Notes: generated by a model not told the origin, from the letters alone. 64,000 nucleotides of DNA from Solirubrobacteraceae bacterium (GCA_035507895.1 DATJNQ010000008.1:54619-118618); one strand, 5' to 3'; counted from the stretch's first letter, positions 19,689-30,037 are shown. Translations and numbers: made by a program.

Positions 19689-21419
19689 TCAGGAGCCGCC
19701 GAGGCGGTCGAGCTCGGCCAGCAGCGACGCCGCGTGGCGCTCGCAGAACGCAGGGCCGACGCCGGCGATCGTGCGCAGTTCGGGCTCACTCGTCGGCCTG
19801 GAAGCGAGGATCTCGCGAAGCGTCGCGTCACTCGCAACGGTGTAGGCCGGCTTGCCCGCTGCGCGACCCTTGCGCCACGCCCGCAGCCGATCGAACGCCG
19901 GGCCGTCGCACGGCGCACCGGACGCTGCGCTCCGGCGCGACCGTCGCGGCCGCGGTGCGGCCGCCGCGACGAGCGCGGCGTCGACCTCGCAGACATCGCA
20001 GCAGCGGCCCGTCGGTTCCGGCGGCTCGCTGTCAGCGAAGTGCCGGAGGAGCTGAACGCGCCGGCAGCGGTCGCCGGCGGCGGCGTAGCCCTCGATGGAG
20101 CGGTATGACTCCCACGCGCGCTCACGCGCGGCGGCGATCGCCTGGCGCGCGAGCCGCGGGCTGCCCTTCCCCGTCGGCTGCACGGCGAGGCCCCTGCCCA
20201 CGCCCGGTTCGAGCGTCAGCGCGCCGGCGCGCTCAGCGATCGAGAGCAGAACCCGTTCGCGATCGTCGAGCGCGCCGTGGGGCAACAGCAGCGGCTCTCC
20301 GTCTCCGTTTGCGCGCAGATCGGCGACGAATGCGCGAACGTCGCCGACGTTCATCTCGCGCTCCTTGATGAAGCGCAGCAGACGCCCGAGGTCCGAGCGG
20401 GACGCGAGCAGCACCGCCCGGGCGGGTTGGCCGTCGCGCCCGGCGCGGCCGGCCTCCTGGTAGTACGCCTCGAGGCTGGTCGGCAGTGCCCAGTGCACAA
20501 CCGTCCTCACGTCCACCTTGTCGACTCCCATACCGAAGGCGCTCGTCGCGACGGCCACATCGGCGTCGGCGCCCATGAACGCCGTCTGCGCGGCGCCGCG
20601 CTGCTCGCCGTCCATGCCGCCGTGGTACACGACGGCGCGCAGTCCCCGCGCCGCGAGCGCGGACGCGACACGCTCCGTATCGCGCCGCGTCCCGCAGTAG
20701 ACGATCGCGGGCAGCGCCCCGGAGCTGTCGAGCAGGTGATCGAGGGCCGCGGCCTTTCTGCGCTGTGCGCCCTCGCCGTCGACTGTGACGACGTCGAATG
20801 TCAGGTTGGGGCGGTCGAACCCGGCGCGGACCTGCACCGGGTCGCTCAGCGAAAGTCGCTCCGCTATCTCGCGCGCGACACGCGGCGTCGCCGTTGCTGT
20901 CGTCGCCATCACGGGCGGGCGTCCGGCGAGGTCGATGGCTTCGGCGAGCCGCAGGTAGTCGGGCCGGAAGTCGTGGCCCCACTCGGATACGCAGTGCGCC
21001 TCGTCGACGGCGAAGAGCGAGATGTTCGCTGTTTGAACCGCGTGCCTGAACGCGGCCGACGCGAAGCGCTCGGGCGCGGCGAGCACGAGGTCGACGGCGC
21101 CGGCCTCGAGGCGTTCTAGCGCTTTCGCATTGTGGCCGTCGGGCATGGTCGAGGCGAGCATCTCCGCGCGGACGCCTGCGCGTTCGGCGCGGTCCCGCTG
21201 GTCGGCCATGAGCGCGATCAGCGGGCTCACGACGAGCACAGGGCCGCGGCCCGCGAGAGCCGGGAGCTGGTAGCAGAGCGACTTGCCCCGCCCCGTCGGC
21301 ATCACGACCAGGCAGTCGCACCCCTCGAGGGCCGCCTGGACGGCCTCGCGCTGGCCGGGGCGGAAGCCGGGGAGTCCGAAGCGCGCCAGCAGGCGCTCGG
21401 GCGAGACGTCGTGGTTCAT
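19689..21419 (-). CDS. recQ: RecQ-family ATP-dependent DNA helicase with HRDC
   Basis: PTGRGKSLCYQ, VDEAHCVSEWGHDFRP, QEAGRAGRDG, Zn motif CRR...CCDVC and a C-terminal HRDC domain. Confidence 0.92.
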   Translation of the reverse strand: MNHDVSPERLLARFGLPGFRPGQREAVQAALEGCDCLVVMPTGRGKSLCYQLPALAGRGPVLVVSPLIALMADQRDRAERAGVRAEMLASTMPDGHNAKALERLEAGAVDLVLAAPERFASAAFRHAVQTANISLFAVDEAHCVSEWGHDFRPDYLRLAEAIDLAGRPPVMATTATATPRVAREIAERLSLSDPVQVRAGFDRPNLTFDVVTVDGEGAQRRKAAALDHLLDSSGALPAIVYCGTRRDTERVASALAARGLRAVVYHGGMDGEQRGAAQTAFMGADADVAVATSAFGMGVDKVDVRTVVHWALPTSLEAYYQEAGRAGRDGQPARAVLLASRSDLGRLLRFIKEREMNVGDVRAFVADLRANGDGEPLLLPHGALDDRERVLLSIAERAGALTLEPGVGRGLAVQPTGKGSPRLARQAIAAARERAWESYRSIEGYAAAGDRCRRVQLLRHFADSEPPEPTGRCCDVCEVDAALVAAAAPRPRRSRRSAASGAPCDGPAFDRLRAWRKGRAAGKPAYTVASDATLREILASRPTSEPELRTIAGVGPAFCERHAASLLAELDRLGGS

Positions 21420-21469
21420 GCGCCCGACGGTATCCCGCGTGGCGGCCGGTACGTCCGCGCGGCCCCGCG

Positions 21470-21694
21470 TTACTTCGACGTCGACGTCTGCGTGTCGTCG
21501 TGGTCGTGGTCGAACACGCCGGACACGCTGTGCTCGGCGTGGCTCACAACGTGCCGCACGGAGGGCGAGACTGCGTAGGCCACGAGCGTTGCCACGATGC
21601 CGATCAGCGCAACGACCACGATGATCCGCGCGCGACGCGTTTCGCTCTCCGGCGACTCTGCGCGCCTCTTGCGCACGGGCGGGAACGTGGACAT
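21470..21694 (-). CDS. Small single-TM hypothetical protein
   Basis: MSTFPPVRKRR...IIVVVALIGIVATLVAYAV...; basic N-terminus, one TM helix, His/Asp tail. Confidence 0.6.
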   Translation of the reverse strand: MSTFPPVRKRRAESPESETRRARIIVVVALIGIVATLVAYAVSPSVRHVVSHAEHSVSGVFDHDHDDTQTSTSK

Positions 21695-21795
21695 CCTGCC
21701 TGCACGGTAGCGCCCGCGGGCGCGGCCTCGCGCGCGGCGTCGCGCCCGCGTGCTCCGGGCTAAAGGTTCTGGCCGTTCGCGCCGACGCTTTGCGT

Positions 21796-22161
21796 ATGAG
21801 CCTCGTCGCCGTGCGACCGGTCGCCGAGCCCTACGGGGAGGAGGACGGCGACGGCGCCGTCCAGCTGCTGCTCTGCGCCCATGCCGAGCGGCGCTGGCTG
21901 GCGACGCAGATCGCGCCGCTGCTGGAGGACCTCGACCTCGAAGACGGCGTTCCCGGTGCCGGCCGCGCCCCGGCGCTCGCATGCCTGCGGGTTCTCTGGG
22001 ACGAAGAGCTCTCGCTTGCGGCGCACACCGAGGCGGCGTTCCTGCGCCTGCCTGCGGCCGCGGGCGCCGAGGGTGCCCGCGGCTTCCACGAATCCGTCCG
22101 CGCGCTGAGAGGCGAGGTCGGGCGCCGCGTCGAGCTGCACCTGAGGCCGCAGGCCCAGTAG
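21796..22161 (+). CDS. Hypothetical protein
   Basis: Protein-like composition; fills the gap upstream of the PHP gene. Confidence 0.55.
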   Translation: MSLVAVRPVAEPYGEEDGDGAVQLLLCAHAERRWLATQIAPLLEDLDLEDGVPGAGRAPALACLRVLWDEELSLAAHTEAAFLRLPAAAGAEGARGFHESVRALRGEVGRRVELHLRPQAQ

Positions 22162-22198
22162 GCGCCATCTTGCCCTGTTTCGCATAGGCTGCGCGGCG

Positions 22199-23074
22199 AT
22201 GCGCTTCGACCTGCAGGCCCACTCGACCCACTCCGACGGCGCGCTCTCCGCAACCGAGGTGGTCGAACAGGCCGCCGCGGCCGACGTTCAGCTACTCGCC
22301 CTCTCGGACCACGACACGATCAGTGGCGTCGCCGAGGCGATCGCCGCGGGGGAACGGCTCGGTGTCCGCGTGGTGCCGGCCGTCGAGATCTCGGCCGTCG
22401 ACGCGGGCTCCACGATGCCGCGTGAACTACACATCCTCGGGTACCTCATCGATTACGAGGCGCCGCTGATGGAAGAGCGGCTGGCCGAGTTCCTCGCCGA
22501 TCGCGAGGCGCGCACGCTGCGCATGGCGGCGGCATTGCGCGACGTCGGCTTCGCCCTCGACGAAGAGGAGATCGAGCGGCGGATAGCGGAAGGCAAGCCG
22601 ATCGGGCGCCCGCACCTCGCGGCCGCCGTGCTCGCCGCCCCCGCCAACGCGGAGCGCCTCGAGGCGGAGGAAATCGACGACGTCGGCTCGCTGATCCGCG
22701 CCTACCTCATCGAGGGCAAGGCCGCCTTCCGCCTGCGCGAGACGCCGACCGTGGCCGAGGCGATCGAAGCGATCCACGACGCCGGCGGCCTCGCAATCTG
22801 GGCGCACCCGTTCTGGGATGTTTCGGACCCCCAAGAAGTACTCGACTCGATCGAGCGCTTCGCAGCCCTCGGCATCGACGGCGTCGAGGCGTTCTACATC
22901 TCGCATGACCGCGAGCAGACGGCGCTCGTCGCGAAGCGCTGCGCCGAACTCGGGCTCCTGACGACCGGCTCCGCCGACTATCACGGCCCGGACAACAAAC
23001 TCTTCTCACGGTTCCTGGCGTTCGATACTTTCGGGTTCGAGCCGAACCTCGGCGCCATCGCCTCAGGCGAGTAG
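22199..23074 (+). CDS. PHP-domain phosphoesterase (TrpH/YciV-like)
   Basis: DLQAHSTHSDG, LSDHDT, VEISA, HILGY, WAHP and GSADYHG motifs. Confidence 0.9.
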   Translation: MRFDLQAHSTHSDGALSATEVVEQAAAADVQLLALSDHDTISGVAEAIAAGERLGVRVVPAVEISAVDAGSTMPRELHILGYLIDYEAPLMEERLAEFLADREARTLRMAAALRDVGFALDEEEIERRIAEGKPIGRPHLAAAVLAAPANAERLEAEEIDDVGSLIRAYLIEGKAAFRLRETPTVAEAIEAIHDAGGLAIWAHPFWDVSDPQEVLDSIERFAALGIDGVEAFYISHDREQTALVAKRCAELGLLTTGSADYHGPDNKLFSRFLAFDTFGFEPNLGAIASGE

Positions 23075-24202
23075 CCGGCGCAGACGAATCACCAGCGCCT
23101 CGACGGCGAGCTCCTCGCCGACGTTGACGCGCAGATCGGCGCGCGTCTCGCCGACGAGCTCGATCGCCTCCCGCAGCGAGGCGGGCGTGCGACCCGCTGC
23201 GTCGGCTTCGAGCTCGACGCGCCTGTCCACCGCGTGGACGAGGTCGCCCGCGCCCTCGATGATGCACAGGACGTCGCGGAGCCAGAGCTCGACCAGGCGC
23301 AGTCCCGCCTCGAGCGTCTCGGTCCGCGCACGCCGCTGGGCGCGTTTGCACGCCTCCTGCAGTTCGCGCCTGGCGCGCCCCTGCTCGCGCTTGGGCAGGA
23401 GGGGCAGCTCCTGCTCCAGGCGCTCGGTGATGGCCTGCTCGGCGCGTTCGGCCGCCGCGGCCGCCTGATCGAGCAGGCTCTGGCCGGCCCGGACGGGCGA
23501 CGCGGCGTCGAAGGCGGCACGGACGAGCTCGCGCGCCGCAGCACGCAAGCGCTCGCCGGCGTCCGAGGAAAGGAAGGCGGCCATGCGGGCGTCGCCGAGC
23601 GCGAGTCGAGCACAGGCTTGCGCGCGTGTGGCGTCGACGTCCGGCAGCCCTGCGGCGATCAGGTCCGCGGGCAGCGGGTCGAAGCGAACCGCCTGGCAGC
23701 GCGAGCGGATCGTATCCGGCAGTTCCTGTGGCCGGTCGGCGACGAGCACTAGGTGGACGAACGAGGCGGGCTCCTCAAGGGTCTTCAGCAACCGCGCGGC
23801 AGCCTCGTCGTTCATGGTGTCGGCGGACTCGATGACGAAGACGCGACGCCGCGCCTCAAACGGCGTCCGCGTCGCGGCGGCGACGACGGGACCGTCGATA
23901 TCGGCGACGACGATCGAAGCTGAGCCCGACGGGGTGACCCACGTCACGTCCGGGTGCGCACCGCGGCGAACGCGGGCGGCGACGGCGTCCGGGTCCACTT
24001 CTCCGTCCGCGATCAGCCAGGCCGCGAGCTCACGGGCGGCGGCCCGCTTGCCGGTTCCGGCAGGACCGTGGAACAGGTACGCATGCGACGGGGCCACGGC
24101 GGAACCGACGACGGGCGAAAGCACCGCGCGGGCGTGGGGGTGGTCGCGCAAGCCCGCGAAGTCGGCTTCGGCGTGCTGGACCATTCGGGCCATCCTAGGC
24201 AT
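23063..24202 (-). CDS. holB: DNA polymerase III delta-prime subunit
   Basis: HAYLFHGPAGTGK, HPDV, RVFVIESADTM, LLKTLEEP and TIRSRCQ motifs. Start uncertain (24184-24202). Confidence 0.88.
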   Translation of the reverse strand: MPRMARMVQHAEADFAGLRDHPHARAVLSPVVGSAVAPSHAYLFHGPAGTGKRAAARELAAWLIADGEVDPDAVAARVRRGAHPDVTWVTPSGSASIVVADIDGPVVAAATRTPFEARRRVFVIESADTMNDEAAARLLKTLEEPASFVHLVLVADRPQELPDTIRSRCQAVRFDPLPADLIAAGLPDVDATRAQACARLALGDARMAAFLSSDAGERLRAAARELVRAAFDAASPVRAGQSLLDQAAAAAERAEQAITERLEQELPLLPKREQGRARRELQEACKRAQRRARTETLEAGLRLVELWLRDVLCIIEGAGDLVHAVDRRVELEADAAGRTPASLREAIELVGETRADLRVNVGEELAVEALVIRLRRLLA

Positions 24203-24244
24203 GCGGCGGAGCGGTGCGGGTACGGCCGCCTGTACGTTCCCCGC

Positions 24245-24865
24245 ATGCAGCGTGGACGACTGATCACGGTCGAGGGCGTTGACGGCGCCGGGAAGTCCAC
24301 GCTTGCGACCGCGCTCTGCGCCGCGATCGGCGGCGGTGGCAGCGACGTCCGCCTGCTGCGAGAGCCCGGCGGAGTCGAGGTCGCAGAGCGCATTCGCGAC
24401 CTCGTCAAGGACCCCGCGCTCGACGTCGCGCCGGCCACCGAGGCCCTCCTCTACGCCGCCGCACGCGCGCAGCTCGTCGCCCAGCTACTCGAGCCGCTGC
24501 TGTCCGGCGGCGTCAGCGTCGTGCTGGACCGGTTCGTCGACTCCTCGCTCGCCTACCAGGGAGCGGGACGCGAGCTGGGCGTCGCAACGGTGCGCACCGT
24601 CAACGAGCTTGCCACCGGCGGGCTCGAAGCCGACCGGACCCTGCTGCTGCGCATCACGCCGGAGACCGCTCGCGCACGCCAAGACGCGCGAGCGCTGCTA
24701 CCCGACCGCCTCGAGCGGGAGAACGAACTCTTCTTCGCTCGCGTCGCCGAGGCCTACGACGAGCTGGCGCGGGCGGAGCCCGGCCGGATCCGCGTCATCG
24801 ACGCCGATCGGGACCCGCAGACCGTCCTGAACGCCGCTCTGCAAGCCGTTTCCGACCTCTTCTGA
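24245..24865 (+). CDS. tmk: Thymidylate kinase
   Basis: EGVDGAGKST, REPGG, ARAQL and LDRFVDSSLAYQG motifs. Confidence 0.95.
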   Translation: MQRGRLITVEGVDGAGKSTLATALCAAIGGGGSDVRLLREPGGVEVAERIRDLVKDPALDVAPATEALLYAAARAQLVAQLLEPLLSGGVSVVLDRFVDSSLAYQGAGRELGVATVRTVNELATGGLEADRTLLLRITPETARARQDARALLPDRLERENELFFARVAEAYDELARAEPGRIRVIDADRDPQTVLNAALQAVSDLF

Positions 24866-25030
24866 CGGCAGCCGCGGCGGGGCCGCCAGCCCCGGCTCGG
24901 CGCTCTGCAGGACCTAAAATGGAGGTTGAAAAACCTCTGTCTTTCTGTCCGATCCCAGCGGGACGATTCGCGACCCGCACCCGCTTCGTGGGGATAGCCA
25001 CCGGGCAGCCGCAGCAGAGGAGGAAGGTCG

Positions 25031-27862
25031 ATGAACGCAGTGACGAAGCACACGGAAGGGCCACGTCTCGCGCCGGGGGAGGCGCTGACGATCAACAGAT
25101 TTTTCACGACGGACGGCGTGCACCCGTTCGACACGATCGAGTGGGAGACCCGCGACGCGGTGATCGGCCACGGAGAGAGCGTCGTGTTCGAACAGCGCGA
25201 CGTCGAGTTCCCGCGCAGCTGGTCGCAGAACGCCACGAACATCGTCGCGCAGAAGTACTTCCGCGGGCACCTCGGCTCGCCCGAGCGCGAGCGCTCCGTG
25301 CGCGAGATGGTCAGTCGCGTCGCCGGCACGATCACCGGTTGGGGGCGCTCCGGCGGCTACTTCGCGACCGAAGAGGACGCGCGCACGTTCAACCACGAGC
25401 TGACGCACATCCTTGTCAACCAGCTCGCCGCCTTCAACTCGCCCGTCTGGTTCAACGTCGGGTTCGAGGAGAGCCCGCAGTGCAGCGCCTGCTTCATCCT
25501 CTCCGTCGAGGACACGATGGAGTCGATCCTCGACTGGAACACCAAGGAGGGCATGATCTTCCGCGGCGGTTCGGGCTCCGGCATCAACCTGTCGAACATC
25601 CGCGGCTCCAAAGAGCCGCTGGCGAAGGGCGGCACCGCATCCGGACCCGTCTCCTTCATGCGCGGCGCCGACGCGTGGGCGGGGACGATCAAGTCGGGCG
25701 GCAAGACGCGGCGCGCGGCGAAGATGGTCGTGCTCGACGTCGACCATCCCGACATCGGCGAGTTCATCTGGTGCAAGGCGCACGAGGAGGACAAGGCCCA
25801 GGCGTTGCGCGACGCCGGGTTCGACATGTCGATCGACGGCGACGGCTTCAAGTCGATCCAGTATCAGAACGCCAACAACTCGGTGCGCGTCACCGACGAG
25901 TTCATGCGCGCCGTCGAGGAGGATGGCGACTGGCACCTCATCGCGCGCACCACCGGCGAACCGATCGGTGGGCCCCTGAAGGCACGCGAGCTGATGGGCG
26001 AAATCGCCGCTGCCGCCTGGCGTTGCGCCGACCCGGGGGTGCAGTACGACACGACGATCAACGACTGGCACACGTGCCCGGTCAGCGGCAGGATCAACGC
26101 GTCGAACCCGTGCAGCGAGTACATGCACGTCGACGACTCCGCTTGCAACCTCGCCTCGATCAACCTGATGCGCTTCCGCCGCGGCGACGGGACTCTCGAC
26201 GTCGCGGCGTTCGAGCACACGGTCGACATCGTGCTGCTCGCGCAGGAGATCATCGTCGGCCCGTCGAGCTACCCCACCGAGGAGATCGCCCGCAACGCCC
26301 GCGCGTTCCGCCAGCTTGGCCTCGGCTACGCAAACCTCGGCGCATACCTCATGGCCGACGGGATGCCGTACGACTCCGAGGAGGGACGCGGCACCGCCGC
26401 CGCGATTACCGCGCTGATGACCGGCCGCGCGTACAGGCGCTCCGCCGAGATCGCGGGCGTGCTCGGTATCGGCACGTACGACCGTTACGGCGAGAACCGC
26501 GACGCCCACAACGCCGTGATGCGCATGCACCGCGACGCGTCACACGCGATACCGCACTCGGCGTGCCCGGACTCCGCACTGCTCGAGGCCGCACACCGCT
26601 CGTGGGACGACGCGGTTGAGCTCGGCGAGCGCTTCGGCTACCGCAACGCGCAGGCCACGGTCCTCGCCCCGACCGGCACGATCTCCTTCCTGATGGACTG
26701 CGACACGACGGGCATCGAGCCCGACTTCTCGCTCGTCAAGTACAAGGAGCTCGTCGGCGGCGGCCAGATGACGATCGTCAACCGCACGGTCCCGCTCGCC
26801 CTCGAGACGCTCGGCTACGCGCCCGAGCAGATCGCGCAGATCGAGGCGCACGTCTCCGAGCACGGCTCGATCGTTGGCGCACCCGGACTCGCCGACGAGC
26901 ATCTGCCCGTCTTCGACGTCGCGGTCGGCGAGCGGGCGATATCGCACATGGGCCACATCCGCATGATGGGCGCGGTCCAGCCGTTCATCTCCGGCGCGAT
27001 CTCAAAGACGGTGAACATGCCCTTCGAGACGACCGTGGACGACATCGCCGACGCCTACATGCAAGCGTGGAAGCTCGGCGTGAAGGCCCTGGCGATCTAC
27101 CGTGACGGCTCCAAGACGGCGCAGGCGCTGCGCACCGACGCCCAACAGCTGCAGACGCTTGACACCGACGTCGACGCCGTCGTCCAGCGCGCCGTCGCCG
27201 ACGCGCTCGCCGCTGCCGGCCCGCAGCGCAAGCGGATGCCACGCGAGCGCCAATCGATCACGCACAAGTTCTCGATCGCTGGCCACGAGGGCTACATCAC
27301 AGCCGGAATGTACGAGGACGGATCGGTGGGCGAGATCTTCCTGACCGACATCGGCAAGGAGGGTTCGACGCTTCGCGGCATGATGAACGCCTTCGCAACC
27401 GCGATCTCGATCGCACTGCAGTACGGCGTTCCGCTCGAGACGCTGGTGCGCAAGTTCAGCTACATGCGCTTCGAGCCCGAGGGCGTCACCGGCAATCCGG
27501 AGATCCCGTTCGCGAAGTCGCTGCCCGACTACATCATGCGCTGGCTCGCCTCGCGCTTCCTGGACGCTGAAACGCAGGAGGAGCTCGGCATCCTCACGCC
27601 CGAGGTCCGCTCGCGCAAGGCGTCCGAGGACACCGTGATCTCGGTGACCGCGTCGGACACGCACGGCCCGAGCGCGCAGGCGACCGGCGACGGACAGCCG
27701 GCGCCCGCGGCTTCGGCGCTCACCGATTCGCCGCCGGTGATCCCGGCGCGACTGCAGGGCCTCGATCTCGGCCCGGCGTGCAGCCAGTGCGGCGGCATGA
27801 TGCAGCGCACCGGCTCGTGCTACACGTGCCCGAGCTGCGGCAACAACACCGGCTGCGGCTGA
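25031..27862 (+). CDS. nrdJ: Class II (B12-dependent) ribonucleotide reductase
   Basis: FNSPVWFN, CSACF, NPCSEY, ACNLAS, APTGTIS, C-terminal TSCPD-like domain and Zn ribbon. No intein evident. Confidence 0.96.
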   Translation: MNAVTKHTEGPRLAPGEALTINRFFTTDGVHPFDTIEWETRDAVIGHGESVVFEQRDVEFPRSWSQNATNIVAQKYFRGHLGSPERERSVREMVSRVAGTITGWGRSGGYFATEEDARTFNHELTHILVNQLAAFNSPVWFNVGFEESPQCSACFILSVEDTMESILDWNTKEGMIFRGGSGSGINLSNIRGSKEPLAKGGTASGPVSFMRGADAWAGTIKSGGKTRRAAKMVVLDVDHPDIGEFIWCKAHEEDKAQALRDAGFDMSIDGDGFKSIQYQNANNSVRVTDEFMRAVEEDGDWHLIARTTGEPIGGPLKARELMGEIAAAAWRCADPGVQYDTTINDWHTCPVSGRINASNPCSEYMHVDDSACNLASINLMRFRRGDGTLDVAAFEHTVDIVLLAQEIIVGPSSYPTEEIARNARAFRQLGLGYANLGAYLMADGMPYDSEEGRGTAAAITALMTGRAYRRSAEIAGVLGIGTYDRYGENRDAHNAVMRMHRDASHAIPHSACPDSALLEAAHRSWDDAVELGERFGYRNAQATVLAPTGTISFLMDCDTTGIEPDFSLVKYKELVGGGQMTIVNRTVPLALETLGYAPEQIAQIEAHVSEHGSIVGAPGLADEHLPVFDVAVGERAISHMGHIRMMGAVQPFISGAISKTVNMPFETTVDDIADAYMQAWKLGVKALAIYRDGSKTAQALRTDAQQLQTLDTDVDAVVQRAVADALAAAGPQRKRMPRERQSITHKFSIAGHEGYITAGMYEDGSVGEIFLTDIGKEGSTLRGMMNAFATAISIALQYGVPLETLVRKFSYMRFEPEGVTGNPEIPFAKSLPDYIMRWLASRFLDAETQEELGILTPEVRSRKASEDTVISVTASDTHGPSAQATGDGQPAPAASALTDSPPVIPARLQGLDLGPACSQCGGMMQRTGSCYTCPSCGNNTGCG

Positions 27863-27902
27863 TCGGCGGCAGGCCGGCCCCCCGCGGCGCCGGACGCCGC
27901 GA

Positions 27903-29225
27903 CTAGCGTCGCGCCGGTGCGGGCGCGGGCAGCCCCGGGCGTCCGGGGGCTTGCGGGCGGTGGACCACCGGTGGGCTCGCGCTTTCGCGTTCCGCGGGTC
28001 GCCCGGGCGCCGACGTTTCGGCAGGCGCTCGCGGTCCGTTGACGTGGCTCGTCGCTTCGTTCAGGTCCTGATGGTGGCCACTCGTGGGCTTGGAAGGTGC
28101 CACGCCGCCCGGCGCGGCACCTACAGAGCCGCGCCCGTGCCCGCGCGGGGGCGACGGAGCAGAGGCGGGCGACCGCGGCAGCGAAGGCGCCGTACCTGCT
28201 CCTGCGTCGACCGGCGCGCCCTGGATCGGCGACGTCACGACCACCCGCCGGCCATGCGAGGCAGGCGCCCTCGTGTGGCCTGCGCGCTCGCGGGTCCTCG
28301 TCGCACCGTGGCGCGTCGCCTGCCGCTGGAGCCGTGGCCCCGCGGCGATCGGCGCGCGCACGCGCGAGGCGACGGTGACGCTCGCGGGGGCCGCGGCGGG
28401 CGGCGCCGTGCGGACGCCGCGTGCGTCGCGCCGCGGCACCGCGCCGGCATGGGGGTGTACGACGGCGACGCCAGCGACGAACACGGCGGCTGCGGCGGCA
28501 ACCGCGGCGCCCTTGGCCAGCTCAGTCCCCATTTCGACGCCGCCGCCGGGGGCCGAACCCTCGGCCACGCGGCTGGCAAGTGGCGCGATGCGCGAAGCGC
28601 CCGTCGCAAAGAACGAGACGAGCGGCGGCGGCACGATGGCTGCGGCGGCGGCGCGCAGCGTGCGCCGCGCACGGTGAAGGAGGCCCCGCACCGCCCCGTC
28701 GCTGACGCCGAGTGCCTCTGCCACCTCGTCGTGCGAGCGGCCGTCGACGGCGCTCATGAGGATCGCGTCGCGCTGCATCTGGGGGAGCGCGACGACGTCG
28801 GCCAGCGTCGCGCGCACGTCCAGGACGCGGTCGAGGTGCGGCGCGCTGTGGTCGGAGAGGTGGTGGTGCATGTCCGCGTCCATCGCGTTCGGCGTCTCGC
28901 GCTGGCGCGTGATGGCGTTCACCGCGTTGTTGTGGACGATCCGGAACAGCCACGGCCGCAGAGCCCTTATCTCGGCGCCGCCATCAAGCGCGATCCATGC
29001 CTTCAGCAGCGACTGCTGAAGGACATCCTCCGCCGCCTGGTGGCCGAGACCCAGCCGTCGCGCGTAGCGGAGCAGCTCGCCGCTGTACCTCAGGACGATC
29101 GCGTCGAACGCACGCGACTCACCACGCGCCACGCCATCGACGAGCCGCCCGTCCGAGGTGTCCCCGGACGCTTCGCGCGTGTCGATCGGCTGCACCGCGC
29201 TCACGGCACTGCGGATTGTAAGCAC
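27903..29225 (-). CDS. ECF sigma factor with TM helix and long Pro/Ala/Arg-rich C-terminal extension
   Basis: AEDVLQQSLLKAW, WLFRIVHNNAVN and RSHDEVAEALG...VRGLLHRAR motifs, then a hydrophobic helix and a low-complexity tail. Confidence 0.85.
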   Translation of the reverse strand: MLTIRSAVSAVQPIDTREASGDTSDGRLVDGVARGESRAFDAIVLRYSGELLRYARRLGLGHQAAEDVLQQSLLKAWIALDGGAEIRALRPWLFRIVHNNAVNAITRQRETPNAMDADMHHHLSDHSAPHLDRVLDVRATLADVVALPQMQRDAILMSAVDGRSHDEVAEALGVSDGAVRGLLHRARRTLRAAAAAIVPPPLVSFFATGASRIAPLASRVAEGSAPGGGVEMGTELAKGAAVAAAAAVFVAGVAVVHPHAGAVPRRDARGVRTAPPAAAPASVTVASRVRAPIAAGPRLQRQATRHGATRTRERAGHTRAPASHGRRVVVTSPIQGAPVDAGAGTAPSLPRSPASAPSPPRGHGRGSVGAAPGGVAPSKPTSGHHQDLNEATSHVNGPRAPAETSAPGRPAERESASPPVVHRPQAPGRPGLPAPAPARR

Positions 29226-29331
29226 GTCAGAAGGCCCTCCGCGCCGGTCGCAGGGCGTGCACGGGACAAACCTCGCGGGGCCGGGGTGAGCTTTCGCTTA
29301 CCCCGGCCCGCGCGTGCCCGCCACGTTGCCG

Positions 29332-29856
29332 CTACGCGGCGAGAATGATGAGCGACCAGACGGCGCCGGACGACCCAACTGATAGCTGGGCGTAGGCGAG
29401 CTTGGCGCCAGCGGTGAGCGAGGAGGTGGCGCACCGTTCGAGGTGCGGGCCGTGCCAGCCCCGGGAAGGGCCGCCGTGCGGGCCGCCCCACCAGCCGTGT
29501 GGCCCACTCGGGCCGTGGTGTTCGCTCCAACCGTGATCGCTGCCTTCTTTGGTTTTCGGTTCTTCGCTACCCGTTTTCGCGGGACACAAGATGAGAGTGT
29601 GATCCCCGACACTGCCGCTCACGGTTTGCCCCGACGTGAGCGTTATGAGGAGGACGCCTTCACTGTACGACGTGACCGTGCTCGTTGCTTGCCCGGTCGT
29701 AACGGCGGCCGCGTGGCGGCGGCGGTGCCGGTCCTTACGGTGCGAGGTCGCGTGGCGGTACTTCGCGTGCTCGTGGCTCGCGGACGCGGACGCAGCGGCT
29801 ATCCCGACGGCGACGACCAGGCACAAAGTCGCACCGATGAGAAACCTTCTTGCCAC
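29332..29856 (-). CDS. Secreted hypothetical protein with a His/Gly/Trp-rich loop between two Cys
   Basis: Signal peptide; GGAGG before the GTG start; LC...HGWSEHHGPSGPHGWWGGPHGG...RC. Confidence 0.7.
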   Translation of the reverse strand: MARRFLIGATLCLVVAVGIAAASASASHEHAKYRHATSHRKDRHRRRHAAAVTTGQATSTVTSYSEGVLLITLTSGQTVSGSVGDHTLILCPAKTGSEEPKTKEGSDHGWSEHHGPSGPHGWWGGPHGGPSRGWHGPHLERCATSSLTAGAKLAYAQLSVGSSGAVWSLIILAA

Positions 29857-29989
29857 GTCGACCTCCGTTCGCGGGCGGCACGGCCGCCGGTTGACTACTC
29901 CTTGATAGACACAGCGGAGCGTCGAACGTCACGCTCTGGACGCTTAGCTGAGTCCGAGCGCGAATTGAGGTGCGTGGGCGGATCGCAGA

Positions 29990-30030
29990 GGCGCCGGCTC
30001 CGCCCCCATGCGAGAGCTTGAGCCGGCGCC
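29990..30030 (-). terminator. Inverted repeat downstream of the first HU gene
   Basis: ggcgccggctc (29990-30000) pairs with gagccggcgcc (30020-30030). Confidence 0.5.
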
Positions 30031-30037
30031 GCGTGCG

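Noticed and set aside
24905-25030. Possible NrdR box or cobalamin riboswitch upstream of nrdJ
   Set aside because: ACCTAAAATGGAGGT is only a weak match to the NrdR palindrome, and no B12-box core is recognisable.
25031-27862. Possible intein in nrdJ
   Set aside because: Length and continuity are normal; no intein motifs or LAGLIDADG seen.
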